A stretch of DNA of 64,000 nt. Origin: an uncultured Alphaproteobacteria bacterium (GTDB lineage: Bacteria; Pseudomonadota; Alphaproteobacteria; MPNO01; UBA2964). The notes beneath the pieces were generated by a model that was given only the letters and a program-made list of their open reading frames with translations, made no database searches and had not been told where the DNA came from. Position numbers and translations under genes: made by a program. Where the stretch lies: the NCBI GenBank assembly GCA_951812775.1, contig OX638326.1, positions 320,335 to 384,334 of the forward strand. Direction: 5' to 3'. Below are positions 10,851 through 18,074 of this stretch, piece by piece. How positions within the stretch are numbered: position 1 is the stretch's first letter; each line of letters starts with the position of its first letter.

Positions 10851-11187
10851 GTATTTCATCAGCTTGAGGTCGGTTGCATTGACCTGCGTATGGCCGTTGA
10901 AGCGCCGGAAATGCTCATCTACTACGGTCGTGTTCAGGAACACGGCCAATCCACGGGCAAGCGCTTCGGGTAAGCCGTGTTTGTTCTCATGAAATAGGTT
11001 CATGTGGTTCTCGAAGCCCAGCCCCGAATGATCGCCAAAAGCGGCAGGATCAACAACGCTCGCTACCACGCGGCGCTTTTCCTCTTTCGACGAGAAGCGG
11101 CGTACCACGCAATAAAAGCCACTTTTCCGTCTCGTCATTACGCATGATCGCGTTGGGCTTCTTCAGGCCAGGCACGGGCCAGACGGT
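10845..11187 (-). pseudogene. Type II restriction-modification adenine methyltransferase C-terminal fragment (Eco57I/PaeR7I-like family)
   Basis: WPVPGLKKPNAI...EKWL then, after a frameshift, GFYCVVRRFSSKEEKRRVVA...GFENH...FRRFNGHTQVNATDLK; no N-terminal catalytic part. Confidence 0.7.
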
Positions 11188-11189
11188 GC

Positions 11190-11299
11190 CGCTGTCATCT
11201 TGAACACCTGAAACCTTTCCGCTTTTCAATGCTTTTGTAAAAGTTGGCCGGGATACTTGGTAAATCTTTACCGCTTCTTTCATGGAAACATTAGCCACG
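11190..11299 (-). pseudogene. N-terminal fragment of a small plasmid-type helix-turn-helix DNA-binding protein
   Basis: (V)ANVSMKEAVKIYQVSRPTFTKALKSGKVSG is an HTH pattern; it is fused directly to the methyltransferase remnant. Confidence 0.55.
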
Positions 11300-11469
11300 T
11301 TGAACACTCTATTCGCTGTCTTCTGGAGGGTTGCCAAATTCGGGCAAATCTGGCTCAAGGCCGGGGAAAGATGGCTGCTCAAAATTCGATCAGACCTACC
11401 TCCCCCCAATAACTTGTTGATTTCATTGGTTCGAAAATTTGCCCTTTCTTATGATCTACAGAAAGGAAG

Positions 11470-11527
11470 AAAAATCCACCCACGTTCGATCGGGGGTGCA
11501 CCCCCGATCGAACGTGGGTGGATTTTT
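11470..11527. repeat. 58-bp perfect palindrome with no spacer
   Basis: AAAAATCCACCCACGTTCGATCGGGGGTG|CACCCCCGATCGAACGTGGGTGGATTTTT; the 29-bp arms are exact reverse complements. Confidence 0.95.
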
Positions 11528-11566
11528 TGACTGACAAACGTGACCAAGGAGCCTGTTCCACTACTT

Positions 11567-11617
11567 ACAGCTAAACTTACCGTTGCGGCTTGACCGCGAA
11601 TTTTGAACAGCTACAAT
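11567..11617 (+). CRISPR. Remnant type II-C CRISPR array: one full 36-nt repeat plus an 11-nt repeat 3' end, no complete spacer
   Basis: GTTGCGGCTTGACCGCGAATTTTGAACAGCTACAAT (11582-11617) is complementary to the anti-repeat at 16401-16428. ACAGCTAAACT (11567-11577) is a repeat 3' end separated by only TACC. Lies just past the cas2 stop. Confidence 0.85.
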
Positions 11618-11623
11618 AGATGT

Positions 11624-11659
11624 CCGGATAGAACTTTGTAATCACAAGGTTTTATCCGG
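11624..11659 (+). terminator. Hairpin between the repeat and the cas2 stop (array terminator/leader region)
   Basis: CCGGATAGAACTTTGT-AATC-ACAAGGTTTTATCCGG; 16-bp stem whose two imperfect positions are G:U pairs on the + strand, which agrees with + strand crRNA transcription. Confidence 0.6.
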
Positions 11660-11690
11660 GGTCTGTTGACTATTTTCTGTCCGAATCGTA

Positions 11691-12035
11691 TCAGAACATC
11701 ACCAGTTGCTCCGGATTCTCACGAGCTTTGCGGCGGCCCTGATCCGATAAATGTATGATATCACGATATTGCCGGTCCGTGAAATTCAGGATTTGCACAT
11801 CGCCGGCATCGGGCAAGTTGCGTTCAATCCGGAGGACCCGGGCCGAAAACGCCTCTTTCCCGTTCACGAACCGCGCATAGACCGAAAATTGGCTGCGCTC
11901 GAACCCTTCGTCCAGCAGGAAATTGCGAAAGCTGCCCGCGTCCTTTTGCTGTTTCTTCGTGTCCGTGGGCAGGTCGAACATCACGAGAATCCACATGAGA
12001 CGATACCTCGACAACCGGGTGATGGTTGTCGTCAT
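11691..12035 (-). CDS. cas2: CRISPR-associated endoribonuclease Cas2
   Basis: RLMWILVMFDLP, FRNFLLDEGFERSQFSVY and C-terminal QLVMF, typical of type II-C Cas2; ATGA overlap with cas1. Confidence 0.96.
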   Translation of the reverse strand: MTTTITRLSRYRLMWILVMFDLPTDTKKQQKDAGSFRNFLLDEGFERSQFSVYARFVNGKEAFSARVLRIERNLPDAGDVQILNFTDRQYRDIIHLSDQGRRKARENPEQLVMF

Positions 12036-12943
12036 TTTCCCAGTCCAGCCAGTGCAAGAGGATCGGGAGGGTCGGGCAAGGCGAGAGTCAATTTGGCCGC
12101 TTCAAAACTCTGCCCCAAGGATGTCGCCAGCTTTATCAGAGCGACCGAGACCGGTGTGACACCATCGCCCAAAGGCAGGTCTGTGGCTATCAGGCGGGCG
12201 AGTTGCTGCTTGGCCTCTGTGTCGACCTCTGGTCCACATTTTGCCGCGATGGCCCGAACCGTACAGTCGACCAGTGGGCGAAAGGGCTCCATCAGGTCAT
12301 CGGCCAAAGCAAAGGCGTTGCCGCGGTTTGCGTGAAATAGGCCTATGGTCGGATGCAGACCCGCGGCAACGACGGCGCGGGCGGTGGCGGCACGCAAGAC
12401 CGTGTAGCCATAATTCAGCAGCGCGTTTTCCCGATCTGCCGACGTGTTGCGGCGAAAATCCGAACCCATCATACGTGGCCAGTAGTAGCGGGCCGCCTGT
12501 GCCTCGATGTTGGTTCTGTCACCCGAAGATATCTTGCGGATCATCATTTCCAGTGGCGCGGACGGCTCGCCAATTGCCGAAAGGGCAGCTGCCTGCATTC
12601 TAACCTTGGAAGTTACGATCTGTTTCCAGGCCTGTTTGGTAAACGATGCCTTGGCGTTCCATTGTGCTCGCATTCGCGCTCCCTGTATGTGATGGCCTTC
12701 CAGCGGCATGAGAACGGATTTAGGGGCATGATTGGCGGCACAAAGGACCACCGGCGCACCGCGCTCGGCAAGCTCGACCAAAAGAGAGGAAGACCATGTT
12801 GTGCCATGGGCATGCACGATGACGCCTGCGATCTGGTCGAGCGGGGTGCGGCCGATTTCGGTCCCGTGTTCCGTGACCTTAAGAAAACCCCGGTCGCGCG
12901 ACAAATGGCGCCCGTCGGTTGCAATATCAATGATCTGATCCAA
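12032..12943 (-). CDS. cas1: Type II CRISPR-associated endonuclease Cas1
   Basis: NIEAQAARYYW, NALLNYGYTVLR, GLFH, LADDLMEPFRP; probable TTG start at 12943 (MDQIIDIATDGRHL). Confidence 0.96.
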   Translation of the reverse strand: MDQIIDIATDGRHLSRDRGFLKVTEHGTEIGRTPLDQIAGVIVHAHGTTWSSSLLVELAERGAPVVLCAANHAPKSVLMPLEGHHIQGARMRAQWNAKASFTKQAWKQIVTSKVRMQAAALSAIGEPSAPLEMMIRKISSGDRTNIEAQAARYYWPRMMGSDFRRNTSADRENALLNYGYTVLRAATARAVVAAGLHPTIGLFHANRGNAFALADDLMEPFRPLVDCTVRAIAAKCGPEVDTEAKQQLARLIATDLPLGDGVTPVSVALIKLATSLGQSFEAAKLTLALPDPPDPLALAGLGK

Positions 12944-13021
12944 TACAACACCCCGTGCAAAAGACATGAATCGTCAACCTATTGAGTGTATTACACCGTC
13001 AGGAATCTACCAAATCCCAGG

Positions 13022-16000
13022 TTACCTTTGCCGTAAGGGATTCCGCAGGCGACCCATTTCATCCACATGGACCCTTCGGACATTAGCTTTTACAAGGGGC
13101 CTTGCTCTCATACATCTGAAACGAAACGTATCGGTCCTGTCGCGGTTGCGAGCATCGGCATTGGCCTCGTTATGGGGGGCAATACAGAGCCCGTTGGCAC
13201 CCAGGCTTTGCACATAGCCAATGATTATTTTGCGATCTCGTTCTTCAATCGCAACCATGTCCCGTTTGAAGACCCGCAGCAACCGTTTCGCAGCGGGGTG
13301 GGGCCGTTTCACGGCGCCTGACTGATGCGCCTCGAAAGTCGTGATCACCTGGGGTTCGATCTTGCCGTCGGGCATGCGCCAGATCTCGTAGCAGTGATTA
13401 CTGTCGCCTTTGTAGGCCTTGAACTCCTTGCCATCACGGTCGGTAACCGGCACCCGGGCGCTTTTCTGCAAGGTCTCCACCATTCGCACACGGCGCAATC
13501 CGAAATACGGGTTGTCCGATTGATCCGGCCAGATCTTGGATTATACGGGCCAGGTGACGTTGCAGGTCCGCGTCGCGGATGTTGGTGCCTTTTGTGGTGA
13601 TCTTGATGTCATTTGCGCTAAGCGACCTCAGCGGCTTACGGCTGACCACCTTGCCGTCACGGGCCAATCCGTAGGCGGTATCATTGTGCAATTGCCCAGT
13701 CGTGCTGTCCTTGCCCGATGCGCGGGCGGCGGGGTCGATACGGCCATGATCGGCCCGGTGACTGACGATGATGCGATCGAGCTGCGCGGCGATGTCGGCC
13801 CGGAATTCTTCCCACGGTGGCGCGACGGAGCGGGCCACTTCTTCAGCGCCATCGCGTTTATCTCGGGAGGCCGTATCGCTGATGCGCTTGATCAAAGAAC
13901 GATCCGTTGCCGCGACCACGGCCGCGTCGATTGCGTGGTGGCGGTGATCCGTGCGGTTCTTGGCCTTCACCGCCCCATCCTTGTCGGGCAAAAGACTGTT
14001 CAGCCCCCAGTGCCGACGCAGCATTTCGGTCAGCCTTCCGGGCACGACCCAAACATGGGATTTGCTGTCGGTGCCATCGTAAAGAGCACCTAGATAGGCG
14101 CGGGCGATGCGCGACAGGTACTGCGTGTCCTTCAAGGCGCGGGTGGAAAAGTCATTTTCGCCCTCGAACCGCTCCATCGCGTCAGGCGCGAAACGCCAGG
14201 CTTTGTTTTTGGGCAGGTTCTTAAGGTTTGCGGCAATCACCTCCCACTGATCGGTCTCACCCCAAGCCTCCCATGGGGTCCTATTCGTCTTTTGCCGGTT
14301 GAATTCCTTCAGACAGAGGGTGCGGTTGGCGAAGCGGTCATCCAATGTGCGCGAATAGGGTAGGATGTGATCTACATCGCAGGAGCCATCGAAAAGCATG
14401 GCCGCACTGATCCGTTTCCCGGAATATGGACAGTTGCGGGTCATGACGTCTTCGCCAAGGTCTTCCCACAGCCGCAGCCGCATGCGGTTGGCCCCGGTAT
14501 CGGGCACGCCCAGTTCTTCCAGCTTTTTGCGGCGCCGGTCCGCTGCCTCGGTGTTTTTCTTGATGTCGCTCTCGACGGCGCGTTTTTGGTCTTTGGACAA
14601 TTTCAAATCGCGGGCCAGTTCTACCACGATCTCGTCAGGTTTGCCGTAGACAGTGATGATCCGGTTCACCAATCGGCGAAGCTGGTTCAGCCCGATATGC
14701 ACCGTGGGGTTGGTAATGCGACCGAAACGGGCGATGTCATCGTCGTTCTCGTCGTAGGTGCCCGGAATGACGTGACGGCCGAGCACCTCGCCATAATAGG
14801 GAAGTTCGTCCAATATCTCGCCGGTGCGCTCATCCGAGTGATGCCAGCCACAGCGGGCCACGGCCTCGCTATACGGGATCACCTCGGCCTCCAGCGCGGC
14901 AAGGATGCGAGAAGTGGCCGACAGTCCCAGCCGTCCGTAACCTTCGGGCAGGGGGGCATGGGCGACCTCTTTGGCATGGTTGCAATGAAGACTATGGGTG
15001 GAGGTCAGCCATGCGACCAGCCTGTCATGTTCCGCCTCGCTTTGCACGGCGCGGATGCGCTCGATGACCTGCCATTGTGCCTCGACAGCCAGCGTCGACC
15101 AGCGTGGCCCGAACCGTCGGGGGTCGGACAAGCTGGCACGGACCGGATCGCAGGAGATGGCATCCCGATTGGCGGTTTGAAGCGTGAAATTCTGATTGGA
15201 GCGCAAGCCGATCAGCGTGCCAAGCGCCTTGAGCTTCATTGACATGTTCGACGGCGATTCCGTGTGCTTTTTGTTGTCCAGCGCGTGGAGGATTTGGTCA
15301 CGTTCTTCCAGGGTCAGGCTACGTGCCGACTCGCCCCGTGCCGCAACGCGCAAGGCGTTGACTGTTTCAACCAGAATGCGCCGCTGGTGCAGGGGATGGG
15401 CGCTGGGGACGCGCCGTTCGTCGGTGAAGAGGCAAAGCCCCACCTCGGGCGTCTTCAAAGGGCGCTGGTGAAAAATGACCTTGCTGATCTCATCGCGCAG
15501 TTCATCAGTCAAAACATCAGGTTGAAACCGGGCTTGCGACGCCCACAGCTTGTCGAACTCCTCCCGCAGATGGCGGCGGTCGGGGTAGAAATCATAGCCC
15601 GGTTCCTCTTTCTCGGAATTGTTGCGTCGGGCGACGGACAAGTGGGTACGCACCGAAGGCACATGTTTCGGATCGTCCGCCGAAATGCGACGCATATGTA
15701 AAAACTCGCCATAGGTTCGGGCGCCCTTGACCATCATCGCTTTCTCCAGCCGCGCGGTGGCGTCCTTGATCTTGCCGCTATCATTGTCTCTGCGGTCGAT
15801 CTTGCGGTTGGATTTGAACCCACGACGTTGATTCAAATGAAACAGCGCCCGTCCGAGGTGCGAAAGCGGCAGTTCCCGATCCAATCCCTCGGCGCGAAGC
15901 GCATATGGATCGAGTTGCACCAGTTCCTTCGCCTTGTCAGGGTCCGATGGCATCAGCCCCGCCGAGGCCATGCGTTTCATCAGCGCGGCTTTACGGCGCA

Positions 16001-16193
16001 TAAACCTGTCGCGACGCCGACGCTGGGCACGGGCGGCACGGCGATCTACAGCTAATGAAGCTTTGGTTTTGGGATTGCGGCCGTCCGAGAATATGCGAAC
16101 GCCCCTGTCGACAACCTTTGTGACTTCACCGTTTTCGGTGGCATAAAGCCACCAGCCTATAGAATTTGTACCAACATCCAGGCCAAGACGCAT
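13022..16193 (-). pseudogene. cas9: Type II-C Cas9, frameshifted near 13530; C-terminal WED/PAM-interacting part lies in ORF 13022-13498
   Basis: RuvC-I LGLDVGTNSIGW, Arg-rich bridge helix, RuvC-II VVELAR, HNH DVDHILPYS...N, RuvC-III HHAIDA. A Cas9-like tail PDQSDNPYFGLRRVRMV...HPAAKRLLRVFKRDMV...VDEMGR continues in another frame. cas9-cas1-cas2 without csn2 or cas4 indicates II-C. Confidence 0.95.
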
Positions 16194-16232
16194 TCGATCA
16201 CCATTTCACTATTACGCAGTCTGTTGAGTTTT

Positions 16233-16261
16233 ACTATGCCTGAGGAACCAGCCATGGTCAA
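16233..16261 (-). promoter_or_regulatory. Predicted cas9 operon sigma70 promoter
   Basis: Minus strand TTGACC (16261-16256) - 17 nt - CATAGT (16238-16233); predicted start ~16226-16227, about 33 nt before the cas9 ATG. Confidence 0.6.
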
Positions 16262-16287
16262 GACATGGCTGGTTGGTGTTTGCAAGA

Positions 16288-16315
16288 TTGCTGCCTGGGT
16301 CCACACCAAGATAAT
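16288..16315 (+). promoter_or_regulatory. Possible promoter for a long tracrRNA form
   Basis: TTGCTG (16288-16293) - 16 nt - GATAAT (16310-16315); weak match, inferred start ~16321-16322. Confidence 0.4.
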
Positions 16316-16357
16316 GCAACTGCCTCCTGCTATCGCTCGATAACGGGAAGTCTGTTG

Positions 16358-16394
16358 GTTGCGCCTTGACACGCAAATTTTGAACAGCTATACT
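16358..16394 (+). repeat. Isolated degenerate CRISPR repeat containing a near-consensus sigma70 promoter
   Basis: GTTGCGCCTTGACACGCAAATTTTGAACAGCTATACT aligns to the array repeat with one insertion; contains TTGACA (16366-16371) - 17 nt - TATACT (16389-16394). Confidence 0.88.
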
Positions 16395-16400
16395 GACGTC

Positions 16401-16484
16401 GTTCAAAATTCGCGGTCGGGCCGTTAACAAGCATTCGATTGCACCACATTGAGACGCAGGCTACGGCCTGCGTTTTCTTGTTTT
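16401..16484 (+). ncRNA. tracrRNA
   Basis: Anti-repeat GTTCAAAATTCGCGGTCGGGCCGTTAAC (16401-16428): 17 nt exactly complementary to the repeat, then G:U pairs and a bulge. Ends in hairpin ACGCAGGC-TACG-GCCTGCGT plus a T tract. Starts 7 nt after the TATACT box. Confidence 0.9.
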
Positions 16485-16644
16485 CGGCTTGGCTCTTCTC
16501 AACGGTGTGCTTCCCGGATTTCCGCTGGAGTAATTCTACGAACAACCCTTGCCAACCCGGAAACCCCGCCTGCTACCCGTCTGGATATCGCTGTCCATTG
16601 CCTCCACCTCCCGCCCGGTTCCTCTTGAATCCAAGATATAAAAC

Positions 16645-16667
16645 AATGCTAAATATTATTTAGCATT
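16645..16667. promoter_or_regulatory. Operator-like palindrome flanked by TATAAAACA direct repeats
   Basis: AATGCTAAATA-T-TATTTAGCATT; TATAAAACA at 16637-16645 and 16667-16675. Confidence 0.5.
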
Positions 16668-16818
16668 ATAAAACACCGCCTTCCGCAAGGCGCTTGTCCT
16701 ACCCCTTTCCGGGCCGTTTTCCCCTCCAAAACAGGCGTTTCTCCGCGCCGGAATCTTCCGGCCATGCCACGGAAGCAATCATGAATGATGTCAATGCATT
16801 GCCGATGGCATGCAGGTC

Positions 16819-16845
16819 ACATCAAAACGAACCTCGTTTTGATGT
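16819..16845. promoter_or_regulatory. Inverted repeat, probable Tn3 res/resolvase-binding subsite remnant
   Basis: ACATCAAAACGA-ACC-TCGTTTTGATGT in an AT-rich stretch just upstream of the truncated tnpA. Confidence 0.5.
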
Positions 16846-16912
16846 ATAATCATGTCTTTTGCTAAGATAATGATTATTTTATGTCGGATATTTCCGGCTC
16901 AAAGAAAGATAC

Positions 16913-18028
16913 ATGGACCCGAACGACAGGCACAAAAACCAGCGCAAATTCATTGCAGCCAGAAAGGCCGAAGGGCTCAATCTGGGCTTGAGCAAAATGG
17001 CCAACGCCACCAGCACCCATGACTTTATGCAGCTCTCTCGGCTGTCGCGTTGGCATGTGGAAAGCGACTGCATGGCCCGCGCATTGGCTATGGTGATCGA
17101 GGCACAGGCGCGATTGCCGATGGCGCAATTCTGGGGGGGGGGGCAAACCGCCTCCAGCGACGGGCAGTTCTTTCCCGCCACTCGCCAAGGCGAGGCGCTG
17201 AATCCCATCAATGCAAAATATGGGCGGGAGCCCGGGCTGAAAGCCTACACCCATGTGACGGATCAATACGCGCCCTTCGCCACGCAGGTCATCCCCGCCA
17301 CGGTGAACGAGGCGCTGTATATCCTGGATGGGTTGCTCATGAATGAGGCAGGGCGGAAGATCAAAGAGCAGTACGCCGATACCGGCGGGTTCACTGACAT
17401 GGTCTTCGCAACCACATCATTGCTTGGATATCTCTTCCATCCCCGCATCCGTGACCTTGCCTCCAAGAGATTGCATGTCTTTGACACGCGATCTGTCCCA
17501 AAAGAACTGAAGGGCCTGACGGGTGATCGGATCCGTGAAACCACGATCATCGCCAATTGGCCCGACGTCTTGCGCTGTATCGCAACGATGCTGTCCGGCC
17601 ATCTCCTCAGGAAATTGGCGGCACGACCGCGGCAGCATGATCTGGCGCTTGCATTGCGCGAAATCGGACGGGTCGAACGAACGCTGTTCATCATTGAATG
17701 GCTGCTCAATACCGAGATGCAACGCCGCGCGAACATCGGCCTCAACAAAGGTGGGGCGCATCACGCACTGAAGGGGGCATTGCGGATCGGACGCCAAGGT
17801 GAAATCCGCGACCGCACAACAGAAGGCCGGCACTTCCGCATCGCAGGTCTGAACTTGTTGACTGCCATCATCATCTTTTGGAATACCAAGCAGCTGGGGA
17901 TCGCCGTCGCTCAACGCCAGAAAGCAGGGCTTGATTGCTCTCCAGACCTCCTGGCGCATATCTCGCCACTCGGATGGGCCCACATCCTTCCCACGGGCGA
18001 ATATCGGTGGCGGATAAAGAGGCCATGA
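16913..18028 (+). pseudogene. tnpA: Tn3-family transposase TnpA, C-terminal DDE portion only
   Basis: GLNLGLSKMA, TASSDGQFF, YILDGLL, YADTGG, ALREIGRVERT, HISPLGWAHI. 371 aa against ~1000 aa for a full TnpA; LNKGE is changed to LNKGG. Confidence 0.93.
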
Positions 18029-18032
18029 ACTG

Positions 18033-18070
18033 CTTAAAGGGGTTTTCCGCCCTCAGCCCAACTCGACCCC
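18033..18070 (-). repeat. 38-bp Tn3-family terminal inverted repeat
   Basis: Reverse complement GGGGTCGAGTTGGGCTGAGGGCGGAAAACCCCTTTAAG has the GGGG...TAAG 38-bp layout; begins just after the tnpA stop. Confidence 0.92.
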
Positions 18071-18074
18071 CTTC

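Larger units (their letters stand above)
10477..18070. mobile_element. Decayed genomic island bounded by direct repeats of a Tn3 IR end; carries type II-C CRISPR-Cas and transposon debris
   Basis: Identical CCTCAGCCCAACTCGACCCC at 10477-10496 and 18051-18070. Content is foreign and visibly GC-richer than the flanks. It interrupts the metG...tatD neighbourhood. Confidence 0.85.

Noticed and set aside
10435..11409. ORFs 10435-10992, 10608-11138 and 11050-11409 as intact genes
   Set aside because: They are read-throughs across several unrelated fragments.
11340..11460. Stretch with TAACTTGTTGATTTCATTGG resembling flanks of integrative elements
   Set aside because: No integrase, tRNA or partner copy in the window, so it cannot be assigned.
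13500..13545. Programmed ribosomal frameshift in cas9
   Set aside because: No slippery heptamer or homopolymer at the junction, and residues appear to be missing, which fits a deletion.
11751..16146. Long + strand ORFs opposite cas genes (e.g. 14367-15242, 12353-12985, 13536-14093)
   Set aside because: Antisense shadows of GC-rich coding sequence with no recognisable motifs.
17133..17143. G11 run as a phase-variation tract
   Set aside because: It lies in frame inside an already truncated transposase.
11691..18070. Cas9 next to Tn3 TnpA as a new CRISPR-associated transposon
   Set aside because: TnpA is a truncated, mutated fragment; there is no inverted left end or targeting adaptor; Cas9 keeps its nuclease residues and sits with cas1/cas2. 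Passive cargo explains it better.
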